From Escherichia coli (GTDB lineage Bacteria > Pseudomonadota > Gammaproteobacteria > Enterobacterales > Enterobacteriaceae), in NCBI RefSeq assembly GCF_022846255.1, contig NZ_AP025682.1: 64,000 nucleotides of DNA; one strand, given 5' to 3'. Under the pieces are notes generated by a model, which saw only the letters and a program-made list of their open reading frames with translations, searched no databases and was not told where the DNA came from. Positions within the stretch are counted from its first letter, which is position 1; every line of letters starts with the position of its first letter. Of the stretch, positions 54,037 through 64,000 are shown piece after piece. The position numbers and the translations under genes were made by a program.

Positions 54037-54609
54037 AGAGAATGGGTATTGTATTCAATTAGTTTAGGAGCTTAAGCTATCGGGGGTAATGCTGATTTAT
54101 TGGCAGTTGTGTACGTATTAGCGCTGCTTTTGCCGTAATACCCAGTAGTTCTTTCCAGCATAACTACAACTGAATGATACCAAAAATACATCTCAAGCTT
54201 TTTATCTTAGTCTTTCTATGATGACAATATTGAAAACTTCAGGATAATTAAAAGGTTAGTATTAATGAAAGTCCTTACATTTAAGCATCTTCTCTCTAAA
54301 CATATTTTCCTTAGAATCGGGGGCCTCAGTATTTAAAATCTTCCAGAGGTGTAATATTCAGCTTTGCTGTGACAACATCGAGAATGGTAAAAATTGATAA
54401 TATATCCTCTGAATATCAGGATGACTACGTTATAATGTATATGAGTTGGATTTGATTAGTTTCAAGGAAAGTGAAATGTGTGAAATAAGTACCAGACCAG
54501 TAGAACAGTAATTAAATACCGGAAAGCAAAGGGGGGAGGGGCGTGCTGACTGCATCTAAAATGAGACTATTACGCCCAGACATAGAGGGAAATAGCCAGT
54601 AGAGTACTT

Positions 54610-55386
54610 TTATTTGTTGGGGGGGGCCTGCTGATCCGTTTCACCAGTTGAGTTTGCAGCTGGAAGTTCTTTTGTCTTTGCTGTATCAATTGATTTGATT
54701 TGTTCGATGGCAGTTATATTACCTGACATTGCTTCATTGAGCACTTCTACTGCCCTACGGGCATCACGATCCTTGATCGACATGTAGACCTTGATATGAG
54801 CTTCCACACTCTCTAGGGTGATACCTAGCGCACGGTTAAGCTCTTCAAGATAGTAGTAATAGATGTCTTTAATCGAGTTCATCACGTTATAGAACACGCT
54901 GTTGTGTGATGCTCTGACTATTGCCAGATGGAACTCGTAATCCGCTTCCGAATACTTTTTGTAGTCCCCCTTATTGATCAACATATTATTCAGAGCTTCT
55001 TCGAGCTGGCGAATGTCGTCGTCGGTGGCGTGAGTGACAGCGAGTTCCACGCATTTGAACTCCACGGTCTGACGGAAAATCATCATATCGTGAAACTCTT
55101 CGCGGCTAAGGTGCATGATAGGACGTGGATCGTTACTCAACATTTGCGGGGTGAAGTTTGTGCTCACGTAGCTGCCACAGCCCTGACGTGTCACAACAAT
55201 CCCCAAGGTGCGAAAGCGCTGAACCGCACTACGTACACTGACCCGGCTTACATTAAATGAGTTGGCCAGCTCTAATTCTGAGGGCAAACGGCTACCTGGT
55301 GGCCAGCTGCCGTCCAGCAGTTTTCCACTTATTTGATCATAAACTTCATTTACAACATTCTGTTTCTGAATGGATTTTATGCTCAA
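54610..55386 (-). CDS. GntR/FadR-family transcriptional regulator
   Basis: 258-aa ORF (TTG start per track; exact start uncertain); wHTH pattern (PPGSRLPSELELANSFNVSRVSVRSAVQ) plus FCD-type C-terminal domain. Confidence 0.75.
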   Translation of the reverse strand: MSIKSIQKQNVVNEVYDQISGKLLDGSWPPGSRLPSELELANSFNVSRVSVRSAVQRFRTLGIVVTRQGCGSYVSTNFTPQMLSNDPRPIMHLSREEFHDMMIFRQTVEFKCVELAVTHATDDDIRQLEEALNNMLINKGDYKKYSEADYEFHLAIVRASHNSVFYNVMNSIKDIYYYYLEELNRALGITLESVEAHIKVYMSIKDRDARRAVEVLNEAMSGNITAIEQIKSIDTAKTKELPAANSTGETDQQAPPNK

Positions 55387-55464
55387 GATGGGGTCCGAAG
55401 TCAGTTTAGATAAGCCAATAATATATCATCTTTAAAATCAAAGCGCCCAAGTGGGCGCCCTATA

Positions 55465-56751
55465 TTAACAAGTTTGTGCTTTTGCTTCAGTGGATTTTTT
55501 AGTGCTAAACGAGGTGAGTGAGGTGAGCAACACTGCCACAACCAGCGAAGCACTCATAAAGACATAAGAAGCACCTGGATCGCCCGTTAATCCATTCAGA
55601 TAACCGACAATCCATGAACCAACGAATGAGCCCAGAGCACCGAAACTTACGATAAATGCCATCGCACCAGCCATCACATTACGAGGGATAATTTCTGGTA
55701 TTGCGGCAAAGAATGGTCCGTAAGGTGTATACATCGCGCCACCTGCAACCATCAACAGGATATACGAGAGCCAAAAGTTGGATTCTCCAACGGTAAACGA
55801 ACCAATAAAGCAGAACGCACCCAATCCTAAAAACAGAAGAACAATGATTTTACGGTTCATAAATTTATCTGAATACCAAGACGCGCCGAGCATAAGTGAT
55901 ACAGCTAATAAGTAGGGTGCTGCTGATAGCCAACCTATTGCTACGATGCTTAATTCAGATGCTGATTTCAAAATAGACGGTAGCCACATAATAAATCCAT
56001 ACATCCCAATATTCCAGAAGAAGTGGATAAATGAGAGTGATAAGACTTTGCCTGAACGAAATGCTTCGCTGTAGTTTTTAATTTCTTTAATATTGGTTTG
56101 CTCTGCCGCAAGTGCCGCTTCTATATCTTTTTTTTCGTGCTCTGTTAACCAGGTTGCATCTGTGGGGCGATCAACAAAGACAAACCACCAGATAACTGCC
56201 CAAATGATGGCAGGGATGCCTTCGATAATAAACATACCACGCCAGCCAAAGGAGTCCACGAGATAGCCTGATAGCACTGACATCCAGAGTACTGTTATGG
56301 GGTTGCCAAGAAAAAGGAAGGTGTTAGCTTTCGACCTTTCTTTCTTAGTGAACCAATGGCTCAGGAAAACAAGCATGGCAGGCATCACAACGCTTTCAGC
56401 CACGCCGAGTAAGAAGCGAATGACCGCTAGGACCTTAACGTCGTGGACCATGCCGGTCGCTGTCGCTAGTATTCCCCACAGAATTAAGCTCCAAAAAATA
56501 AGCTTCTTGGCACTTCTTTTTTCAGCATAAATCCCTCCAGGTACCTGAAAGAAAAAATATCCAAGGAAGAACAGTGCACCCAGTAGTGAGGAAATCCCTG
56601 GTGTAATATTGAGATCCTCAGCCAGACCGGAGGCAGCACCAAAGCCATAATTAGCGCGATCAAGATAGGCAAGGCTATACGTAATAAATGCCAGCGGGAT
56701 CAACTTACGCCAGCGAATCGGCGCTAATTTTTTATGTATATTCTGAACCAT
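55465..56751 (-). CDS. MFS transporter (ACS/hexuronate-aldonate type)
   Basis: 428-aa ORF with LDRANYGFGA N-terminal MFS signature. Confidence 0.85.
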   Translation of the reverse strand: MVQNIHKKLAPIRWRKLIPLAFITYSLAYLDRANYGFGAASGLAEDLNITPGISSLLGALFFLGYFFFQVPGGIYAEKRSAKKLIFWSLILWGILATATGMVHDVKVLAVIRFLLGVAESVVMPAMLVFLSHWFTKKERSKANTFLFLGNPITVLWMSVLSGYLVDSFGWRGMFIIEGIPAIIWAVIWWFVFVDRPTDATWLTEHEKKDIEAALAAEQTNIKEIKNYSEAFRSGKVLSLSFIHFFWNIGMYGFIMWLPSILKSASELSIVAIGWLSAAPYLLAVSLMLGASWYSDKFMNRKIIVLLFLGLGAFCFIGSFTVGESNFWLSYILLMVAGGAMYTPYGPFFAAIPEIIPRNVMAGAMAFIVSFGALGSFVGSWIVGYLNGLTGDPGASYVFMSASLVVAVLLTSLTSFSTKKSTEAKAQTC

Positions 56752-56806
56752 GATGTTTTCCCATTTAATTACTGCAGTTCGTATAACGAATGTCAGTAGA
56801 TGTTAA

Positions 56807-57574
56807 TTACAGCACCGCGAGCCACCCACCATCAACGTAAATAATTTGTCCATTGATATAATCTGATGCTTTGGATGATAAGAAGATGGCAGTTCCGATG
56901 AGTTCCTCTGGATGTCCCCAACGTTGGGACGGGTTGCTGTTTTTCACCCAAGAATCGAAGTGTTTGTCTTCGATAAGCGCAGTGTTCATGTCGGTGAGAA
57001 TGTAGCCCGGTCCAATGGCATTGGTCTGAATATTAAACTGTGCCCATTCTGCGGCCATTGAACAGGTAAGCATTTTGATGCCGCCTTTTGCTGCCGTGTA
57101 TGGAGCAACTGTTGGACGTGCGGCCTGGCTAGTGAGTGAACCGATATTAATGATTTTGCCACCGCGTTTATGGTCAATCATCCGCTTTGCCGCCGCGCGG
57201 GACACGAGAAATGCACTAGTTAAGTTCGTGTCGATCACCTTCTGCCAGTTTTCCAACTCCAGTTCAACCATCGGTTTGCGGTACTGAATACCAGCGTTAT
57301 TAATCAGGATATCAATACTGATCCCTTGCGCATCAAGTTGACTAAAAGCTGATTCAATCGCTTGTTCATTGGTGACGTCAAAAGCCACACCGTGCGCATC
57401 GTAACCCTTGCTTGTCAGAGACTTTACTGCTTCTGCCAGCAACGTGTCGCGAATATCATTCAGGATGACTCGAGCACCCGCAACGGCAAGTCCCTCTGCA
57501 TAGGCAAGGCCCAGTCCACGTGCTGCACCTGTTACCAACGCCGTTTTCCCCGTTAAATCAAATAAAGCGTTCAT
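56807..57574 (-). CDS. SDR-family oxidoreductase (gluconate 5-dehydrogenase / KduD-like)
   Basis: 255-aa ORF; SD GAGGA; TGAARGLG cofactor motif and YxxxK catalytic motif (YTAAK). Confidence 0.85.
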   Translation of the reverse strand: MNALFDLTGKTALVTGAARGLGLAYAEGLAVAGARVILNDIRDTLLAEAVKSLTSKGYDAHGVAFDVTNEQAIESAFSQLDAQGISIDILINNAGIQYRKPMVELELENWQKVIDTNLTSAFLVSRAAAKRMIDHKRGGKIINIGSLTSQAARPTVAPYTAAKGGIKMLTCSMAAEWAQFNIQTNAIGPGYILTDMNTALIEDKHFDSWVKNSNPSQRWGHPEELIGTAIFLSSKASDYINGQIIYVDGGWLAVL

Positions 57575-57595
57575 ATTGTTTCCTCATGCATTTGT

Positions 57596-57625
57596 GTTGT
57601 ATGACAACTACCTTTTAAAAGGTAG
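57596..57625. promoter_or_regulatory. GTTGT-N3-ACAAC palindrome plus adjacent 18-bp perfect palindrome CTACCTTTTAAAAGGTAG (candidate GntR operator)
   Basis: Seen directly 22-50 bp upstream of the SDR start; second copy of the GTTGTAnGACAAC motif at 57829-57841. Confidence 0.35.
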
Positions 57626-57828
57626 GGGGTTCGCTACGACAAAAGCAACAATGTGCCCATGAATTTGCAACATGGATCACAAATAGCTTTGTGCAATGAT
57701 TGATGGTCTTATTTAATTTATTGAATTATATGGTGTAATATTTATATTGATGAGCATGGTTTGATCACTGTCACAGAATGGCGTTCGCAACGATCACTTG
57801 CAAATGAAGCGTGATATAACAATGTTGG

Positions 57829-57841
57829 TTGTAGGACAACC
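57829..57841. promoter_or_regulatory. second GTTGT-N3-ACAAC palindrome (candidate GntR operator)
   Basis: GTTGTAGGACAAC ~70 bp upstream of the ManD-like start; overlapping TGTAGG/CCTACA palindrome. Confidence 0.35.
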
Positions 57842-57909
57842 TACATGTTGTGTTGTTCATAACGATATGGATATGGCATACGAGAAAATTACTGAGCTGA
57901 GGTGTAAAA

Positions 57910-59163
57910 GTGAGTAGCCTGAAAATAACTAACGTGAAGACGATTCTGACGGCACCAGGCGGCATTGATTTAGCGGTCGTGAAAGTCGAGACCAACGAGC
58001 CAGGACTATACGGGTTGGGATGTGCAACATTTACTCAGCGTATCTTTGCAGTAAAAAGCGCAATCGATGAATACATGGCACCTTTCCTGATTGGGAAAGA
58101 TCCTACTCGTATTGAAGATATCTGGCAGTCGGGTGCGGTGAGTGGCTACTGGCGTAGTGGTCCCATTATGAACAATGCGTTGTCTGGTGTGGACATGGCA
58201 CTGTGGGATATCAAAGGTAAACTGGCGGGGATGCCGGTTTATGACTTGCTGGGTGGCAAATGCCGTGATGGTATCCCACTATACTGTCATACCGACGGTA
58301 GCGATGAAGTTGAAGTAGAAGATAACATCCGTGCCAGAATGGAAGAGGGTTACCAGTATGTTCGCTGCCAGATGGGCATGTACGGCGGCGCGGGGACTGA
58401 TGACCTTAAACTGATCGCTACGCAGTTGGCGCGAGCGAAGAACATTCAGCCGAAGCGTTCGCCCCGCAGCAAAACGCCCGGTATCTACTTTGATCCGGAT
58501 GCCTACGCCAAAAGCGTTCCACGTTTGTTTGATCACCTGCGTAACAAGCTGGGATTTGGCATTGAATTTATTCATGATGTGCACGAGCGTGTCACCCCTG
58601 TGACCGCTGTTAACCTGGCTAAAACGCTCGAACAATATCAGCTGTTTTATCTTGAAGATCCGGTGGCACCTGAAAACATCGACTGGTTGAAAATGCTGCG
58701 TCAGCAGTCTTCCACTCCGATATCCATGGGTGAACTGTTTGTAAATGTGAATGAGTGGAAACCGCTCATCGACAATAAACTCATCGACTACATTCGCTGC
58801 CACGTGAGTACTATTGGTGGCATTACACCGGCGAAAAAACTTGCGGTCTACAGCGAGTTGAACGGTGTGCGAACCGCATGGCATGGGCCGGGCGATATTT
58901 CTCCGGTCGGGGTCTGCGCTAATATGCATCTGGACTTGAGTTCACCGAACTTTGGTATTCAGGAATACACGCCAATGAACGACGCGCTGCGTGATGTATT
59001 TCCGGGCTGCCCTGAGATTGACCGCGGTTATGCCTATCTGAACGAGAAGCCGGGTCTGGGGATTGAGATTGATGAAGCTAAAGCGGCAAAATACCCGTGT
59101 GAGGGTGGGATACCGTCGTGGACGATGGCGCGTACACCTGACGGTACTGCCTCAAGACCATAA
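57910..59163 (+). CDS. enolase-superfamily dehydratase, mannonate dehydratase (ManD)-like
   Basis: 417-aa ORF (GTG start, SD GAGGTG); ManD-subgroup pattern (DMALWDIKGKLAGMPVYDLLGG...YLEDP...GPGD). Confidence 0.8.
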   Translation: MSSLKITNVKTILTAPGGIDLAVVKVETNEPGLYGLGCATFTQRIFAVKSAIDEYMAPFLIGKDPTRIEDIWQSGAVSGYWRSGPIMNNALSGVDMALWDIKGKLAGMPVYDLLGGKCRDGIPLYCHTDGSDEVEVEDNIRARMEEGYQYVRCQMGMYGGAGTDDLKLIATQLARAKNIQPKRSPRSKTPGIYFDPDAYAKSVPRLFDHLRNKLGFGIEFIHDVHERVTPVTAVNLAKTLEQYQLFYLEDPVAPENIDWLKMLRQQSSTPISMGELFVNVNEWKPLIDNKLIDYIRCHVSTIGGITPAKKLAVYSELNGVRTAWHGPGDISPVGVCANMHLDLSSPNFGIQEYTPMNDALRDVFPGCPEIDRGYAYLNEKPGLGIEIDEAKAAKYPCEGGIPSWTMARTPDGTASRP

Positions 59164-59537
59164 GTAATGAAGGGCCCGGTTTGCAGTTGCCGGGTCTGTC
59201 TCCTGTTCCCAGAGTTTTATTTATCTTCATCACTTACAGAGAATGCTCAACATTTGCTAGTCTTTTCCTGTCCAGGTATCCAAAGTCTCCTCCCAAATAT
59301 CCTGGATACTGGCTTAGACAAAATGAGATTATATTTTATAGTAAATTATATCATAACAGCTTTTGTTAAGGATGCTGTGTAAGATAAGATATATGGGTTA
59401 GAGGCATATTCTTTTGCAATCAGGAAGAAGATAATCACTGATGTTATCGGATATGTAGTAGTATTCGGTATAGCTATTTAGAGAAATTTGTGCCACAATT
59501 TATTATAGAGTTTAAAGAAAAATATATTGAAAATAAA

Positions 59538-59560
59538 ATCCGGGCTATTGCCCGGATTTT
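59538..59560. terminator. bidirectional rho-independent terminator
   Basis: Stem ATCCGGGC / GCCCGGAT, loop TATT, A/T runs on both sides; immediately 3' of the integrase stop. Confidence 0.65.
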
Positions 59561-59561
59561 A

Positions 59562-60824
59562 TTATTTTAATGGATTATTAATCTTTGCATATTCAAATGG
59601 ACTGATAAATCTTTCTCTATTTGCATCCAGAAAATCGGCCCACCATTGTAGCATCAGTCGACGTTCTTCCAGATGTTCTGCTTTATGAATGTAAGCAGCA
59701 CGTACACCATTACGCTCCTGATGGCTCATCTGACGTTCCACAGCATCGCGGGACCACAAACCTGATTCAATCAATGCACTGCACGCCATCGCCCGGAATC
59801 CATGGCCACAGACTTCCTGGGTTGTGTCATATCCCATAACCCTCAGGGCTTTATTTACGGTATTTTCGCTGATTGGTTTACGTGGGTCATGTGCCCCCGT
59901 AAAGATCAGACCATTTTCACCAGCCCATGTCTGAAGTTCTGTCAGTATGGCTACAGCCTGTTTGCTGAGTGGCACAAGATGTGGTGTTCGCATCTTGGAG
60001 CCTCGGTGTGAGAATTTTACGCCTGGCAGAGGTTCGCGTTCGGCTGGAATAGTCCACATGGCATTGTCAATATCAATTTCAGACCAGCGGGCATATCTGA
60101 GTTCACTGGAACGAATAAAAACCAGTAAATTCAGCATAACTGCCCGTCGGGTGACAGGCTGGCCTTTATAACCGCCAATACGCGACAGAAGTTCAGGCAG
60201 ACGTGAAAGATCCAGAGCTGGGCGATGCTGGCGTTTTACCGTAGTCAATGCACCAGCCATATCCAGAGCCGGGTTATATCTGATGATGCCAGACTGTACG
60301 GCATAACGCATTACAGCAGATATTCTTTGCTGCAGACGACTGGCGATTTCATAAATTTGTTTAGCTTCTGCAGCACGAACAGGGATAAGCAGGTCCGGGG
60401 TACTGAGTGTTGTGATATCCCGGTTGCCGATAAAGGGGAATACGTGTGTCTCGAGGCTTTTGAGTACTTTATCGCTGTGTGATTGTGCCCATTGTTTATT
60501 ACTGGCATGCCAGCGTCGTGCAATATGTTCAAAAGAGAGCTGTAAATCAGGGACTACTTTTTTAGCTCTTTTCTGTTCGCAAGGGTCAATCCCCTCCGAA
60601 ATCAGTTTTCGGGCCTCATCCCGTTTTGTACGAGCTTCGGAGAGAGAAACTTCTGGATACACACCAAGTGCCAGAGTCTTCTCCTTACCCAGAATACGAT
60701 AACGGAGACGCCAGTAACGGGAACCATTAGGATGAACCAGCAGGAACATGCCGGCCCCGTCAGTGAGTTTATAAGCCTTGTCAGTGGGCTTTGCAGCCCG
60801 GATTTTTGCGTCAGTCAGCGCCAT
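59562..60824 (-). CDS. int: P4-type tyrosine integrase adjacent to tRNA-Phe
   Basis: 420-aa ORF; SD AAGG; P4-family N-terminus (MALTDAKIRAAKPTDKAYKLTDGAGMFLLVHPNGSRYWRLRY) and C-terminal catalytic region; tRNA upstream on the same strand. Confidence 0.9.
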   Translation of the reverse strand: MALTDAKIRAAKPTDKAYKLTDGAGMFLLVHPNGSRYWRLRYRILGKEKTLALGVYPEVSLSEARTKRDEARKLISEGIDPCEQKRAKKVVPDLQLSFEHIARRWHASNKQWAQSHSDKVLKSLETHVFPFIGNRDITTLSTPDLLIPVRAAEAKQIYEIASRLQQRISAVMRYAVQSGIIRYNPALDMAGALTTVKRQHRPALDLSRLPELLSRIGGYKGQPVTRRAVMLNLLVFIRSSELRYARWSEIDIDNAMWTIPAEREPLPGVKFSHRGSKMRTPHLVPLSKQAVAILTELQTWAGENGLIFTGAHDPRKPISENTVNKALRVMGYDTTQEVCGHGFRAMACSALIESGLWSRDAVERQMSHQERNGVRAAYIHKAEHLEERRLMLQWWADFLDANRERFISPFEYAKINNPLK

Positions 60825-60978
60825 AGTTCAGCCTTCTGAATGCGTTAAAGAGGGTACAAATTCTGTCGAACTGGGGTATACCCGCAATTATACCCACACA
60901 ATGGGGTTGATGTGGGGGGAATCTGGTTGAGTTCGGTAGAATTGATTTGTAGGTAGAACGCTTAAATTGTGGCGTTCT

Positions 60979-61010
60979 GAAACGAAAAACGGACCTCCGT
61001 GGAGGTCCGT
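60979..61010 (-). terminator. rho-independent terminator 3' of tRNA-Phe
   Basis: Minus strand: stem CGGACCT / AGGTCCG followed by TTTTTCGTTTC, 11 nt after the tRNA 3' end. Confidence 0.6.
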
Positions 61011-61021
61011 TGATATGAATT

Positions 61022-61097
61022 TGGTGCCCGGACTCGGAATCGAACCAAGGACACGGGGATTTTCAATCCCCTGCTCTACCGACTGAGCTATCCGGGC
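61022..61097 (-). tRNA. pheV: tRNA-Phe (anticodon GAA)
   Basis: Reverse complement reads GCCCGGATAGCTCAGTCGGTAGAGCAGGGGATTGAAAATCCCCGTGTCCTTGGTTCGATTCCGAGTCCGGGCACCA, the E. coli tRNA-Phe sequence incl. CCA; pheV copy inferred from flanking yqgA-speC. Confidence 0.95.
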
Positions 61098-61202
61098 AAC
61101 GGGGCGCATTAAACCTGATTCGCCTCGTCTCGTCAATCAAATTTCTTCAATTTAGTGCAGACTGCACAATCTATCATCACTTTGCCGCTATTGCACGCAT
61201 TG

Positions 61203-61910
61203 TCAGGCAAACCAGGCGGTCCAGGCGGCGGAAAGCGGCATTGCCAGAAGGAGTGCTGGAAGCATGTTGACCACCGGGAACATTTTAATGCCACAGATGC
61301 GTAATCCGGTTGCCAGCAGCAATAAACCGCCTACGGCGCTGAAGTCTGCCATCATCGACGGTGTGGTCAGCGGTAATATCAGCGCGGCAGCCCACGCCAG
61401 TGTTAACTGGATGATCAGTAATGGAATGCTAATCACCGACACCGCAATACCCAGCGAGCAGGCGAAGATCATCGCCGTAAAGAAATCAAGAAATGACTTG
61501 GCGATTAAAATACTTGGATCGCCGGTCATCCCTTCGTTCATCGCCCCGAAGATTCCGGTGCCGCTGGCGCAAAACAGGACAATAATCGCGACAAAATTCT
61601 GAATAAAAGATTCATGCGCTGGCTTCTTACGCGAGTGGTGAAACAGATTATGCGCTTTGGCGACCACTGTATTGACGCCTTTTTCCAGCAGACAAATTTC
61701 GCCGATTAATGCTCCGAGTAAGGTTGCTAAAACCATCGCCGGAAGGTTGGCGCATTTCACCACCAGTAAAATACCAATCCCCAGCGATGCCAGACCAAAA
61801 ATTGATGTCATGGAGACGCGGATACGTTCCGGTAAGCGTTGGCTAAGGAGTGCGCCGAAAACGCCACCCAGTAAGACTGCACTTGCGTTGATAAAAGGGC
61901 CGATGACCAC
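61203..61910 (-). CDS. yqgA: DUF554-family inner membrane protein YqgA
   Basis: 235-aa polytopic ORF matching E. coli YqgA as recalled. Confidence 0.85.
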   Translation of the reverse strand: MVIGPFINASAVLLGGVFGALLSQRLPERIRVSMTSIFGLASLGIGILLVVKCANLPAMVLATLLGALIGEICLLEKGVNTVVAKAHNLFHHSRKKPAHESFIQNFVAIIVLFCASGTGIFGAMNEGMTGDPSILIAKSFLDFFTAMIFACSLGIAVSVISIPLLIIQLTLAWAAALILPLTTPSMMADFSAVGGLLLLATGLRICGIKMFPVVNMLPALLLAMPLSAAWTAWFA

Positions 61911-62308
61911 AAGAGTTCCTGTTAGCTGTATTGTTTGATTTTCTTATTATGAACTTTTGGCGCCGTCGATGGCTTGTTTGTTCGCAAAGTCCTGGCTTGC
62001 ACGCTTTAGCGAAAGGTGCCATGATTGCGCGAATTTTCTCCTCTCTGTACGGAGTTTGCCCGATGCACGCCACCTCCTTACATTCTCTCGCTTATCGCCG
62101 TTTCGCGCGAAACTCTTCTCTTTTTATGCTACTGCTCATGCGGTGAAGTTAACGCACGCTCACTGCAGGACAACAGTAAAATCAGAGCGTTTCTGCTTTT
62201 ACTGATGTCTGGCGGTCGGAGCTGGTGACCAGTTTGACCCATATCTCATGGGGCAGGGTTTTCCACCTTGTCCGGTATTCTTACTTCCCCTAAACGGGTT
62301 TTGCGCTT

Positions 62309-64000
62309 ATGAAATCAATGAATATTGCCGCCAGTAGTGAACTGGTATCCCGACTTTCTACTCATCGCCGCGTGGTGGCGTTGGGAGATACTGATTTTAC
62401 GGACGTCGCGGCAGTCGTCATTACCGCTGCGGATAGTCGCAGTGGCATTCTTGCGTTGCTTAAGCGCACCGGTTTTCATCTACCGGTGTTTTTGTATTCC
62501 GAACATGCTGTTGAATTACCTGCGGGCGTTACGGCGGTAATCAACGGCAACGAGCAGCAGTGGCTGGAGCTGGAATCCGCAGCCTGTCAGTATGAAGAGA
62601 ATTTGCTGCCACCGTTTTATGACACGCTGACGCAGTACGTTGAGATGGGTAATAGCACCTTTGCTTGCCCTGGACATCAACATGGTGCGTTCTTTAAAAA
62701 GCATCCTGCCGGACGCCATTTTTACGATTTCTTTGGCGAGAACATCTTTCGCGCCGATATGTGTAACGCTGACGTAAAATTGGGCGATCTGCTTATTCAT
62801 GAAGGATCGGCGAAAGATGCGCAGAAATTTGCAGCCAAAGTCTTTCATGCCGATAAAACCTATTTTGTGCTGAACGGCACATCGGCAGCGAATAAAGTGG
62901 TGACGAATGCGCTGTTAACGCGTGGCGATCTGGTGCTCTTCGACCGTAACAACCATAAGTCGAATCATCATGGCGCGTTGATTCAGGCGGGGGCGACGCC
63001 GGTCTATCTGGAAGCTTCACGTAACCCGTTTGGTTTCATTGGCGGTATTGATGCGCACTGTTTTAATGAAGAGTATCTGCGCCAGCAAATTCGCGACGTT
63101 GCGCCAGAAAAAGCCGACCTGCCGCGCCCGTTTCGCCTGGCGATTATTCAGCTGGGAACCTATGACGGCACTGTCTATAACGCCCGTCAGGTGATCGATA
63201 CCGTTGGGCATCTGTGTGATTACATTCTGTTTGATTCCGCGTGGGTCGGTTACGAACAGTTTATCCCGATGATGGCGGATAGCTCGCCGCTGCTGTTAGA
63301 ACTTAACGAAAACGATCCGGGGATCTTTGTGACTCAGTCGGTGCACAAACAGCAGGCGGGATTCTCACAGACGTCGCAGATCCATAAAAAAGATAACCAT
63401 ATCCGTGGACAGGCGCGTTTTTGCCCGCATAAGCGGTTGAATAATGCCTTTATGCTCCATGCTTCTACCAGCCCGTTCTATCCGCTGTTCGCCGCCCTGG
63501 ACGTTAACGCCAAAATTCATGAAGGGGAGAGTGGGCGTCGGCTGTGGGCTGAGTGCGTTGAGTTGGGTATTGAGTCGCGCAAGGCTATTCTTGCGCGCTG
63601 TAAGCTGTTCCGCCCGTTTATCCCGCCCGTTGTTGATGGCAAATTGTGGCAGGATTATCCGACGTCAGTGTTAGCCAGCGACCGCCGTTTTTTCAGTTTT
63701 GAGCCGGGGGCGAAGTGGCACGGCTTTGAAGGATATGCCGCGGATCAGTATTTTGTTGATCCGTGCAAGCTGTTACTCACCACGCCGGGTATCGATGCCG
63801 AAACCGGCGAATATAGCGATTTTGGCGTTCCAGCGACGATTCTGGCGCACTATCTGCGTGAGAACGGCATTGTGCCGGAGAAGTGCGATCTCAACTCCAT
63901 TCTGTTCTTATTAACTCCGGCGGAAAGCCACGAGAAGCTGGCACAACTGGTGGCGATGCTGGCGCAGTTTGAACAGCATATTGAGGATGATTCGCCGCTG
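62309..64000 (+). CDS. speC: ornithine decarboxylase SpeC (3'-partial; runs off window end)
   Basis: ATG 62309 opens an uninterrupted frame to position 64000 (564 codons, no stop; absent from the ORF track because unterminated); translation MKSMNIAASSELVSRL... with fold-III PLP decarboxylase pattern. Confidence 0.9.
   Translation, partial: MKSMNIAASSELVSRLSTHRRVVALGDTDFTDVAAVVITAADSRSGILALLKRTGFHLPVFLYSEHAVELPAGVTAVINGNEQQWLELESAACQYEENLLPPFYDTLTQYVEMGNSTFACPGHQHGAFFKKHPAGRHFYDFFGENIFRADMCNADVKLGDLLIHEGSAKDAQKFAAKVFHADKTYFVLNGTSAANKVVTNALLTRGDLVLFDRNNHKSNHHGALIQAGATPVYLEASRNPFGFIGGIDAHCFNEEYLRQQIRDVAPEKADLPRPFRLAIIQLGTYDGTVYNARQVIDTVGHLCDYILFDSAWVGYEQFIPMMADSSPLLLELNENDPGIFVTQSVHKQQAGFSQTSQIHKKDNHIRGQARFCPHKRLNNAFMLHASTSPFYPLFAALDVNAKIHEGESGRRLWAECVELGIESRKAILARCKLFRPFIPPVVDGKLWQDYPTSVLASDRRFFSFEPGAKWHGFEGYAADQYFVDPCKLLLTTPGIDAETGEYSDFGVPATILAHYLRENGIVPEKCDLNSILFLLTPAESHEKLAQLVAMLAQFEQHIEDDSPL

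Noticed and set aside
58279-58929. 216-aa minus-strand ORF
   Set aside because: Antisense to the ManD-like gene.
62325-63914. Several 60-80-aa ORFs listed in the track
   Set aside because: All are out-of-frame or antisense within the uninterrupted speC reading frame.

Overview
This window is almost entirely a composite genomic island inserted next to tRNA-Phe (minus strand, 61022-61097), which is followed by the core genes yqgA and speC (pheV-type context). The island spans 1-61021 and continues past the window start. All calls below come from reading the sequence and the supplied ORF track and from recalled protein-family signatures; no database search or computation was run, and many coordinates were counted by hand (expect +/- a few nt on site boundaries).

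Contents, in order:
- Two P4-type tyrosine integrases: one beside the tRNA (59562-60824) and one internal (25759-26949).
- Five complete IS copies (degenerate IS2, an IS2-group relative, IS911-like, IS3-like, a second IS3-family element) plus IS, TnpB and porin gene remnants.
- Prophage-remnant genes (YagK/YfjJ-like HUH protein, two paralogous Cys-rich proteins, AlpA-like gene with an in-frame TAG).
- An AT-rich, gene-poor block (about 5.5-11.8 kb) with orphan genes, including a TPR-like protein and a multi-pass membrane protein carrying a 9-bp tandem repeat.
- A 7-gene acid-sugar locus of unknown substrate (IclR, DapA-like, UxaA/GarD-like dehydratase, PdxA-like dehydrogenase, GntP, MFS, amidohydrolase-2).
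- A TerB-domain gene remnant bracketed by IS elements.
- yjhI-yjhH-yjhG-yjhF (xylonate-type) with sgcR and decayed PTS/sgcE fragments.
- An MtnK-MtnA-class II aldolase operon (DHAP-shunt type) with transporter and SorC regulator.
- An NmpC-like porin; a PepT-like peptidase with MFS transporter; a C-S lyase with NhaC-family transporter behind a consensus CRP site; a TetR/MFS pair; a GntR-MFS-SDR module divergent from a ManD-like dehydratase.

No rRNA genes or CRISPR arrays were seen. The best candidates for something undescribed are the 7-gene acid-sugar locus and the AT-rich orphan block; neither can be assigned a function from sequence alone.
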